Positions 30,769 to 39,154 of a stretch of DNA of 64,000 bases are shown piece after piece (position 1 is the first letter of the stretch; each line of letters opens with the position of its first letter). The stretch is taken from contig OZ219747.1 of assembly GCA_964291265.2 (NCBI GenBank), positions 3,648,001-3,712,000 on the forward strand. Direction: 5' to 3'. Source of the DNA: Alphaproteobacteria bacterium (GTDB lineage Bacteria > Pseudomonadota > Alphaproteobacteria > SP197). The notes beneath the pieces were generated by a model. The model searched no databases. It saw only the letters and a program-made list of their open reading frames with translations, and was not told the DNA's origin. Both the position numbers and the translations under genes were made by a program.

Positions 30769-31901
30769 GCCTCGACCCTCCCGCTCAGGGCCGAAACAAG
30801 GGACTCGGCGGCCTCGTGAAGCGTGCCATCGGCAAGATGCGTGTACTTGAGCGTGGTCGCTGGATCAGTGTGGCCCAAGAGCCTGCCTATGGTGGGGATC
30901 GTCTCGCCATGAGCGAGTGCTATCGAGGCGTACGTGTGACGCAAGTCATGGCAGCGAACATCCGCGATCCCCGCTTTCGAGCGCACATTGAGCCAGAAGC
31001 TACTGAGTGCACCCCGCGTCAGGTGGCGTTCCCCACGGGGAGACGGGAACATCCAGCGGCCCCTTCGGGGCAGTTCGTCCAGGATCCGGCGTGCCGCTGA
31101 TGACAGCCAGACCGTGCGCGGGCCCGTCTTGCTGTCCGGCAAGTAGAGCTTGCCCTCACGGTAGTCCGACCACCGGAGACCGAGAATCTCGCTCCGGCGG
31201 CATCCGGTGAGAAGCAGCAACCGCACGATCGCGACCAACAGGGGGCGTTCTTCGCGCTTGTCGTCGAGAACCCGGCTCAAGCGCCTGATCTCGTCGTGGC
31301 TAAGGAACCTCTCGCGATGGCGCCGGCGGTAGCGCTTGATGCCGGTGCACGGATTGGATCCCTCGGGGCGATAGCCGTAGACCTCGGCCTGTCTCATGAT
31401 GACGGAAAGAACCGGCGCCGAACGGTCCGCGGCAACCGGCGTGGCATGAAGTGAAGCAAACCAGCGCTGAACGTCGCGGCGCGTGATATCTTCTATAGTA
31501 CGCCCCTTGAAACACGGCAGGATCTGTTTCCTGAGGTAGCCGAGATTGACCTCCAGGGTGCTTGGCTTCCAGTGCCTCCGGTATCGCCTGAAGACCTCGT
31601 CTGCGACATCCTCGAACAGGATGGGGGCGGTTTCGACAGACAAGGTTCCATCAGTCGTGGAGCCTGACACCAAAAGGGATGTCGCGCGGTCCCGGGCGCA
31701 TTCCAGGGGCATGGTTCCGGCGTCGCCTATGGCGTGCCAGACCCTCTTGCCGTCGACCTGGCTGTGAAGGAAGTATCGCTTGCGGCCTGAGGGGAGGACA
31801 CGTACACCGAAACCTTGGATGACGGTATCCCGAACGTCGAAGGTCTTCTTCTCCGGTTTGAGGGTATCGACCCGTCGTTGCGTGAGGCGTCTCTTCGGCA
31901 T
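30765..31901 (-). CDS. Tyrosine integrase A (N-terminal arm-binding domain)
   Basis: VRDTVIQGFGVRV; TGCRRSE, DSKTG, HDLRH, LLGH, TTLKY; ATGA overlap with integrase B. Confidence 0.92.
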   Translation of the reverse strand: MPKRRLTQRRVDTLKPEKKTFDVRDTVIQGFGVRVLPSGRKRYFLHSQVDGKRVWHAIGDAGTMPLECARDRATSLLVSGSTTDGTLSVETAPILFEDVADEVFRRYRRHWKPSTLEVNLGYLRKQILPCFKGRTIEDITRRDVQRWFASLHATPVAADRSAPVLSVIMRQAEVYGYRPEGSNPCTGIKRYRRRHRERFLSHDEIRRLSRVLDDKREERPLLVAIVRLLLLTGCRRSEILGLRWSDYREGKLYLPDSKTGPRTVWLSSAARRILDELPRRGRWMFPSPRGERHLTRGALSSFWLNVRSKAGIADVRCHDLRHTYASIALAHGETIPTIGRLLGHTDPATTLKYTHLADGTLHEAAESLVSALSGRVEA

Positions 31902-32028
31902 GGCATTCTCTCCGGTTCCTGTTGCACCGGGGGTACGGAAACGACATGAATCCGCTTCCCCGGCGAAACTTCGTGAGAGAGAACGCTCTTTATTTCAGTG
32001 TGTTACAGTTTCGTTCAGCACCACAGGT

Positions 32029-32041
32029 GCGAGGATGGTGT
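32029..32041 (+). repeat. att core, right copy
   Basis: GCGAGGATGGTGT. Confidence 0.85.
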
Positions 32042-32945
32042 GGAAGGTTGTGGACGTGGGCGCCGTGTAGCGCTTCTTCGACGGGCTGTAGAACGCACCC
32101 ACCGCCGCCAGCTGTTCCTGGGTGAGCAGGGCGGCGAACTGAGCGAATGCGCTCACGCCGCGGTAGCCGGCGAGCCGGGCTGCGACGGCGATCGCGAGAA
32201 TGGTTCTCAGCGGATAGCGCTTGCCCCGGGGCTTGCGGCACTCGGGCACCTCGCCCAGGCAGGCGAACAGACTGCGCAGCCCGGACGCGGCCATCGGTCC
32301 GGCTTGGTCGTGCTGCTCCGCGTTCCAGCTCTCCGGGATCGCGTCCCGGCTCAGCGCCTCGGCGGCATCGTCGGTCAGTTCGTACATGAAGATCTCCTTG
32401 GGCTGGCCGTGGTGACGGAAGCGTGCGGCGCCGCCGGGCTTGCGACCGAAGCCGCGCGTCAATCCCAGCGAGCGCCAGTTCGCCGCGCGATAGCAGGTTC
32501 CGGCGAAGCGCTTGATGTCGACGAACGTCTCCGCGAGGAACACTGGGTATCCGTGCGCAGCCTCAATGTCGGCGGACAGCCGCCGAAGGCTCAGGCCGAG
32601 CACGCGGGACGCCAGGTTCGGCACCCCTCTCGGGCCAAGAATGACGAACCGGGAATTGTTCGCGATCAGATGCAGGCGGCGGAACTGCTGCTCCGCAGTC
32701 CAGCCGATCCAGCGGTCGCGTGCAGCAAGCTTGAACGCGCCCGGCTGCCAGCCGACCAGCGCCACCCAGGTCTCGCCGTGCAGGGCGACATGGCGCAGGC
32801 CCTTGCCGATGATGCCGTGAAACCGCAGGTAGTGATGCTCCTTGACCAGACGATCCCAGAGCCGGTGCTCACGTGCGCCACGGGTCGGGCGCACCGTCAC
32901 CTCGCGAAGGTCGATAGGGGAATCCGGGGTCGCAAGCGTCGTCAT
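32029..32945 (-). pseudogene. DUF4338-ISAs1 transposase fragment 1 (DUF4338 plus ISAs1 N-terminal domain)
   Basis: HHYL, ARDRWIGW, IANNSRFVIL, NLASRVL, ETFVD, GTCYRAANW; then VPECRKPRGKRYPL...APTSTTFH. Confidence 0.88.
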
Positions 32946-33103
32946 GCCGGCACACTGCCACAGCGAAAACGGGATGTCCACCCCCAGAATCCTGCGTGCG
33001 CCGAGCGCCGGGACGACAAAAGAAAAGCCCTGCGCCGGCGGACGAGGCCGGCGACGGATAGGCGACCCGGACCCGTGACCCCGCGCGCGGCGTCCTGGGC
33101 CCG

Positions 33104-33613
33104 CTACAGCCCGAGCCGTTCGAACGTCCGAAGCGGCAGGTACAGGCGCAGCGGCCGCGACGGGAACGGCACGAAGCCGTACCGCTCGTAGAAGGCGCTG
33201 GCGCGGTCGTGCAGCGCATCGACCACGACGGCATAGACGCCGATGGTGTCGCCCGCGCGGACGACCCGATGGATCGCATCGAGCAGCAGGGTCTCGCCGA
33301 GCCCGCTTCCCTGACTGCGAAGATCGACGGCCAGCCGCCCGATGACGGCCGCCGGCACGGGATAGTGCGGCAGCCGCCGGGCGAGGTCCGCCGGCAGGTT
33401 GTCCTTCTCGAAACTCGCCGCGCTCAGCGTGTAGTAGCCGGCGATCCGTTCCGACGGGTCGCCCGGTGCGACGAACACCCGCGCGACACGCCGCCGGGCG
33501 TCCTGGGAAGCTTGCCGGCGGATGTAGCGGTCAAGCGACGACTCCCCGCAGGAGAAGGTCGCGCGGTCGTGATGCGGGCCGAGCGGCTCGAACGACTGCG
33601 GCGCTTCATCCAC
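33104..33613 (-). CDS. GNAT-family toxin (TacT/AtaT-like)
   Basis: HDRATFSCG, IAGYYTL, PVPAAVIGRLAVD, QGSGLG, VVVDA, FYERYGF. Confidence 0.9.
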   Translation of the reverse strand: MDEAPQSFEPLGPHHDRATFSCGESSLDRYIRRQASQDARRRVARVFVAPGDPSERIAGYYTLSAASFEKDNLPADLARRLPHYPVPAAVIGRLAVDLRSQGSGLGETLLLDAIHRVVRAGDTIGVYAVVVDALHDRASAFYERYGFVPFPSRPLRLYLPLRTFERLGL

Positions 33614-33890
33614 CGATACGCTCGCGGTAACGGCGCGCGGCGCGGCGCAGCGCCGCGTTCGGCGCGGGCGGATTGAGCAGCGCGTCGTGGAAGGCGTCCC
33701 AGTCCGTCGCCGGGAGGACGATCCGCTCGTGCGCCTCGATCACCCGCTCGGCCTCGGCTACGGCACTGTGCAGCACGAAACGGCTGACCGTGGTTTCCTC
33801 GTAGGCCGCCGCGCGTTCGAGCTTGCGCTTGCTCCTGGCGTCGAGGCGCAGGTGGACCCGCTCGTGCTTCGTCTCGGCTGTTTCGGCCAT
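33606..33890 (-). CDS. DUF1778 RHH antitoxin (TacA/AtaR-like)
   Basis: KHERVHLRL...LERAA...VSRFV...FHDALLNPPAPNAALRRA; overlaps the toxin. Confidence 0.88.
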   Translation of the reverse strand: MAETAETKHERVHLRLDARSKRKLERAAAYEETTVSRFVLHSAVAEAERVIEAHERIVLPATDWDAFHDALLNPPAPNAALRRAARRYRERIGG

Positions 33891-33995
33891 TACGATGTCT
33901 CCCGCGTGAGTTGACGATAGATATATGCACCACATTGGCGTACATTGCAACCGTGTCGGCGGAGGACGACGGCGAGAGACAGGAGAACCGAGACC

Positions 33996-35655
33996 ATGAC
34001 CCTTTGCTGTGCGCTTTACGCCTGCAATTCGTCCGACCAGCAGCGGTCGGCCTCCATCGAGGACCAGTTCCGGGCCTGCCGCGAGCACGCGGAGCGCGAG
34101 GGCTGGAAGATCGTCGGCACGTACCGGGACTCCGCCATCTCGGGAGACAGCGTGATCCTCCGGCCCGGCGTCCAGGCGCTTCTGGAGGACGCGCGGCGAG
34201 GCGCGTTCGAGATCGTCGTCGCCGAGGCCCTCGACCGGATCAGCCGCGACCAGACCGATGTTGCGACCCTCTACAAGCATCTGCGCTTCGCCGGCGTGAC
34301 GATCTTCACGCTCGCGGCGGGCGAAGGCGAGATCAACGAGCTTCACGTCGGCCTCAAGGGGACCATGAACGCGCTCTTCCTGAAGGACCTCGCGGCGAAG
34401 ACGCACCGGAGGCTCCGGGGCCGCGTCGAGGTCGGCAAGTCGGGCGGCGGCATCTGCTGCGGCTATGACGTGGTGAAGCTGCACGACGAGGCCGGCGAGC
34501 GCATCCGGGGCGAGCGGGAGATCAACGAGGCCGAGGCGGAGATCGTCCGGCGCATCTTCCGCGAGTTCGCCGCCGACACCGCCCGCGCGCCATCGCGCGG
34601 CGCCTCGACGACGAGGGCATCCCCGGCGCCAAGGGCAGGCTCTGGAGCGACTCCGTCCTGCGCGGCCACGCCAGGCGCGGTACCGGGCTGCTCAACAACG
34701 AGCTCTATATCGGCCGGCTGGTGTGGAACCGCCAGCGCTTCCTGAAGAACCCGGACACCGGCAAGCGGGTCTGCGCGCGTCAACCCGCCCGAGGAATGGA
34801 TAATCGCCGAGGTTCCGGAGCTCCGCATCGTCGACGACGCGCTGTGGCAGGACGCCAAGGCCCGGCAGGAAGAGCTTGCCGAGAAATACGCCACCGCCAT
34901 CGCGGCGACGCGGAACGCCCACGCCAACCGCATGAAGGCCGCCCACCGGCCGCGTTATCTGCTCTCCGGGCTGCTCGAATGCGGCGTCTGCGGCGGCCCC
35001 TATTCCATGCGCGGACAGGGCCGCTACGGCTGCTCTAACCACGTCGTGACGGGCTCGTGCGCCAACAGCCGGACCATCCGGCGCGTCGAGATCGAGGAGC
35101 GGGTGCTGGCGGGGCTGAAGGACAAGCTGATGGAGCCCGAAGCCGCCGCCGAAGCGATGAAAGCGTATGCCGAAGAGACCAACCGGCTCAACCGCGAGCG
35201 CCGCGCGTCGGGCGCGAGCGACCGCGCGGAGCTGGCCGGGATCGAGAAGAAGATCGCGTCGATGCTCGACGCCATTGAGGAGGGTGGCTACGTGCGGGGT
35301 ATGTCCGACCGGCTCCGCGAGCTGGAGGCCCGCCAGGACGAGATCAACGAACGGCTGTCAGCCGCTCCGGTCGACATCCCGGACGTTCACCCCAACATTG
35401 CCGGCGTCTACCGCCGCAAGGTGGAGCGGCTCGCGGAGGCGCTGGCCGATCCCCGCGACCGCGACCAGGCGACGGAAGCCATAAGGGGGCTGATCGAGCG
35501 GATCGTGCTGACCCCCCGGCGCGAAGCGTGACGAGTTGCACGCCGCGCTCCATGGCGACCTCGGCACCATCCTCGAATGGGCCGGGAGCGGCAGGGCGAA
35601 GGGAGCGACCGACATCCTGCGAGGCGGAATGTCGGTCTCGGTGGTAGCGGGGGAA
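33996..35655 (+). pseudogene. Large serine recombinase with several frameshifts
   Basis: ALYACNSSDQQ, SIEDQ, EALDRISRD, recombinase domain, LLSGLLECGVCGG Zn ribbon, C-terminal SVSVVAG. Confidence 0.85.
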
Positions 35656-36400
35656 CACTTCCACCGACACTGGACAGCCGTCCCGATCGCACAGAAGGCC
35701 GAACTCGATCTGCAGCTTGCCCTTCTTGCCATCCCGGGAATGACCCCTCCTCGCCAGGGGGCACGCTCTCCCCTCCATCCACACTGAAGTCAGGTCATGG
35801 AGCACCAGGCAGCCCTCTTCGAGGCGCCGCTTCGCCAGGGACCGCTCGATCCTCTCCTGACGCTCCAGGAGCCAGTCCATGGCGCCGTAGAGGGCGTCCT
35901 CGTCCATCTCCGCATCGAGGACCTCGCCCAGGGTGCTGACCGCTGTGGCCAGCTTCGAAGCGGGCTCGAGGATGCGTGCCACGATCATGGCCAGGACCTG
36001 ATCGCGCTCAGGCGAGGGCTTCGGGTCGATCAACCTGTCCAGTCCCAGCTTCTTCAGGGTTCCCAGCACCGCGGCGACATGCCCGTGGGGAAGGGAGCGG
36101 ACGATGTCGAAGGCATCGTCGAGATGTCGGACTGCTGTTCCTCCCTTGAGGAGGATGCGCAATCCCTCGACGAGAGTGGGGGACCACTTGGAGAGGTTGG
36201 CGATGGTGCGCTTCTTGACCTTTCCGTTTTCGTGATAGGACTCGCGGAGCAGGATGGCGGGCGGCGAGGAGCGGTTGGGGACGGCTTCGATGTACGTGGC
36301 CACCGTACATGGGTACGTTGTGAGGCCCGATAAATCCAGCAAACCGCGCAATATCAATGAGTTGACGCGACTGTCAGCTGGAAAGCGTGCGGAACTTCGG
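35649..36400 (-). mobile_element. Truncated, apparently chimeric IS1634 (one end plus 5' part of the transposase)
   Basis: IR GGAACTTCGG at 36391-36400; YIEAVPNRSSPPAILLRES, then near-identity to copies 1 and 2; breaks at VEVFP. Confidence 0.85.
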
Positions 36401-36415
36401 GCTCATCGTAACTAC

Positions 36416-37894
36416 TCACCCCTTGTTAGGGTCTGGTTGTCCGTAGTGCTCGTTGAGGATGTCTACGGCCTTTCCGTCGAGGGCGATGTGGATGGCGACG
36501 TGAGGGTTGTAGCCGAGTGCGTCCATGGTGGTGAGGTAGCTTGAGCCTCGGCACCATGCTTTGGCGTGGGGCATGGTGCGGAAACATCCGGACACCTTGA
36601 TCTTGACCTTTGTCATCCTGATCTTCTGCTCTCCGGTATTGTTGGTGAAACTGACGTTGGGGTCCTTCATGAAGCGCAGGACGGACTTCTCGTGTTTCAC
36701 GAGACGTTCATGCAGGTTGTGCGCGTCGGACTTTGCGATGCGTCCCCGTTTTCCCTTCGTCCGTGGCGGGATGTCGGGCAGTTCCTTGGCGCCCTGGGTG
36801 AGGATGGTGCGGTAGCGCTTGCGCACGGCCCGGCGGTCGGCCTCGTTCAAGGTCTTGGATGCGCTCTTGTTGACCCTGCGGGAGACCTCGCGCAGTAGGC
36901 TTTTCATCAGTCGCGCCCAGCGGTAGCCGTTGGACTCGACGACGAAGGTCAGTTCGCGCAGGAGATGGCTGCCGCACAGTTGGTGGCGGCATTGATCGTA
37001 GCCCATGTAGGCAGCCCAGCAGTCGTGGATCAGGACGCCCTTGTAGCGCGGGATGATGCCGATCTCTTCGATCGCCTCCCGGCCGCGCTTGGGGTGCGGG
37101 AACTTGCACGTCAGGGTGCCGTCGGTGACGACATGGAGCCATTGGGTCTTGCCGGCGACCCGGAAGCCGGTCTCGTCGACATGCAGGGCCGGTTGTTGCA
37201 GGAGATGGGCCACGGCGGCCTCCTCCCATGATGCGAGGGCATCGTGAAAGCGCCGGACATAGCCGAGACAGGTCGCCTCGGAGAGCTTGATGCCGGAGAT
37301 CGCGTGCACGAGCGAGACGGCACGACGCAGGGACAGCATCTGGGCGATCAGCAGGTTGATGACGAGGGCCTGGATGCTGACGCCGTACTGCAGGGGCCCC
37401 GGCATGTTGTCTGGGAACCGGCCCTTGGTCCGGGCCCGGCACTTCGGGCATTCCTTGATCTCGGCTTCGACGCGGTGCTCGACGACTTCGAACACGATGT
37501 CGTAGAGGACGCGGCACTCCCGGTCGACGGGGTCGACATCGTGGAGGTCGGCGCCGCAGGCGTCGCAGGCATCGACGGTGATCGTCTCCTCGATGGTGGT
37601 CGTGCGCAGGTTGTCGCCCGTCTGCTGGTTCGGTTTCGGGCCCTTGCCGTTGCTCCCGGTGCGCCTCGCGCTCTCGTCCTTGTCAGTCTGAGATGGCGGC
37701 AGACCGGAGTTCCGGCTCGTCTTACGTGTGATCTTCTCCATGAGCACGGTCAGCAACAGCTTTATCAGCATCAGCATGCCGCGGATGAGCTCCTCGCACT
37801 CCTGGTTGACCTTGCCTTGCTTGCGGAGATCCTGGAACTGCTTCTGGAAGACGTCGGCCTCCTGGCGCACAGACGTGCCGTTCACGCTCGCCAT
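36416..37894 (-). CDS. IS66-family transposase (single-ORF, ISBst12-like organisation)
   Basis: KTSRNSGLPPS, CDACG...CPKC Zn finger, LHVDETG, LIHDCW, HQLCGSHLLREL, FTNNTGEQKIR, KVSGCFR. Confidence 0.9.
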   Translation of the reverse strand: MASVNGTSVRQEADVFQKQFQDLRKQGKVNQECEELIRGMLMLIKLLLTVLMEKITRKTSRNSGLPPSQTDKDESARRTGSNGKGPKPNQQTGDNLRTTTIEETITVDACDACGADLHDVDPVDRECRVLYDIVFEVVEHRVEAEIKECPKCRARTKGRFPDNMPGPLQYGVSIQALVINLLIAQMLSLRRAVSLVHAISGIKLSEATCLGYVRRFHDALASWEEAAVAHLLQQPALHVDETGFRVAGKTQWLHVVTDGTLTCKFPHPKRGREAIEEIGIIPRYKGVLIHDCWAAYMGYDQCRHQLCGSHLLRELTFVVESNGYRWARLMKSLLREVSRRVNKSASKTLNEADRRAVRKRYRTILTQGAKELPDIPPRTKGKRGRIAKSDAHNLHERLVKHEKSVLRFMKDPNVSFTNNTGEQKIRMTKVKIKVSGCFRTMPHAKAWCRGSSYLTTMDALGYNPHVAIHIALDGKAVDILNEHYGQPDPNKG

Positions 37895-38556
37895 GACGAC
37901 GCCTCCACCGCCATGACAGCCGCCAGCACGGCGAGCCGCTCGCCTTCGGGCATCGTCCGGTAGCGCCGCGCCCAGCTCTCTGCGAGGCGCTTGATGCGCT
38001 GGCGGTCGATCGAGTTCCTGCCCGTATACGTATGCCAGTGCGGCCGGCCCGGTGCGAAGTTGAACCACAGCTTCTCGGTGACAACGCAGGCCTGGTTGTT
38101 GACCTGGACCTCGGCCGTGCGCCAGCCGGCGAGGTGCGTGTCGTAGAGCCGCGAGGGATAGCCGGAGATCATCACCTGGCAGGGCAGCGACGTCAGGATG
38201 TCGAGGAGCGCAACATGGTCGTCGTCCGTGCAGTCGAAGCGGTAGCGGCGCTGCGACCGGCGCGTCGACTGCACGTAAGGCGGGTCGCAGTAGACCAGCT
38301 CGCGGCCCTGGAAGGCGAAGGTCTCGAGAAAACGCAGGGCGCAGCCTTGGTGAAGCTCCACCGGATAGTCACAGCGGAAGCTGTCGATCGCCCGGCGGTT
38401 GAGGTCAATGCCGATGCTGCGTAGCGCCGGAGGCTTGCGCTTCATGATCGCGCCGCCCCCAAGGAACGCCTCGATGTACACGTCATGCGGCGGCATGGCC
38501 GCGACGATCGCCTGGCTCAGACCCGTCGTCGCCTTCGATCCATACCATGCCGCCAT
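37882..38556 (-). CDS. Dam/D12-class DNA adenine methyltransferase
   Basis: WYGSK, YIEAFLGGGA (SAM-binding), YCDPPY (catalytic), MISGY, TEKLW; overlaps the transposase start. Confidence 0.88.
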   Translation of the reverse strand: MAAWYGSKATTGLSQAIVAAMPPHDVYIEAFLGGGAIMKRKPPALRSIGIDLNRRAIDSFRCDYPVELHQGCALRFLETFAFQGRELVYCDPPYVQSTRRSQRRYRFDCTDDDHVALLDILTSLPCQVMISGYPSRLYDTHLAGWRTAEVQVNNQACVVTEKLWFNFAPGRPHWHTYTGRNSIDRQRIKRLAESWARRYRTMPEGERLAVLAAVMAVEASSWRA

Positions 38557-39003
38557 CAATATCTCCGACGCAAACCGCCCCGATGGCCTGCATGTAGAGC
38601 GCCCCTCCTACAATGTCAAGCGCATATCTCCAGAGGATTGGAAAGGCAGCCAACGGAACCCGCCCCACCGGACAGAACGGTTGACACGCAACCTCGGCGC
38701 GGGGTGCCGGATCACGTCGCAGCCCCCTCCCCATAAGGCCGGAACGTGGAGCTGAAGCCGAAGATCGATCCGCTTCTTGTCAGTCGGAACACGCACATCC
38801 GATCATCGGCAGCGAGCCAGTGAAGGCGGCAAGAGAAAATGCCGGATCCGAACCCGTCAAGAAAAACCATTCGTCATCAGTAGGGGGGTGAGTAGTTACG
38901 GCTCATCTTCAAAGGCGATTCCCCTAGCCCCGGGAATGGCGGATTTCAGGCACGGCCGCCGCCCGGATCGGTCAGATCGGAGGCTTTTTCCCGCAACAGG
39001 CAA

Positions 39004-39016
39004 ATATGTTACATAT
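39004..39016. promoter_or_regulatory. Palindromic candidate operator upstream of the antitoxin
   Basis: ATATGT-T-ACATAT, AT-rich, ~28 bp before the ATG. Confidence 0.5.
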
Positions 39017-39154
39017 AGCGCAATGATCCGTTGGGAGACGGCCATGGCCCCAGCATCCACCAGCGCGCAGCGCGCCGAGAAGCGCAGGGCGGCCCTCAGA
39101 GCACAGGGACTGCGGCCAATATAGATCTGGGTTCCCGATACCCGCGCCCCCGGT

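Larger units (their letters stand above)
14055..32041. mobile_element. Integrative mobilisable element (~18 kb) with tandem tyrosine integrases and a MobF relaxase
   Basis: 13-bp direct repeat GCGAGGATGGTGT at 14055-14067 and 32029-32041; excision rejoins the host transposase (FHTILA|NLPP); integrase pair adjacent to the right junction. Confidence 0.85.
7744..33032 (-). mobile_element. ISAs1-family element (~2.1 kb native size) expanded to 25.3 kb by nested insertions
   Basis: Imperfect 18-bp IRs CAGGACCATTCTTTTGTC (7744-7761) and GACAAAAGAAAAGCCCTG (33015-33032); four transposase fragments join in frame; no TSD seen. Confidence 0.85.
36408..38899 (-). mobile_element. IS66-family element (2492 bp) carrying a DNA adenine methyltransferase
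   Basis: IRs GTAACTACTCACCCC / GGGGTGAGTAGTTAC; 8-bp TSD GGCTCATC at 36400-36407 and 38900-38907. Confidence 0.9.

Noticed and set aside
33891-34484. 292-aa N-terminally extended antitoxin
   Set aside because: The extension is antisense to the serine recombinase; the DUF1778 domain starts at 33890
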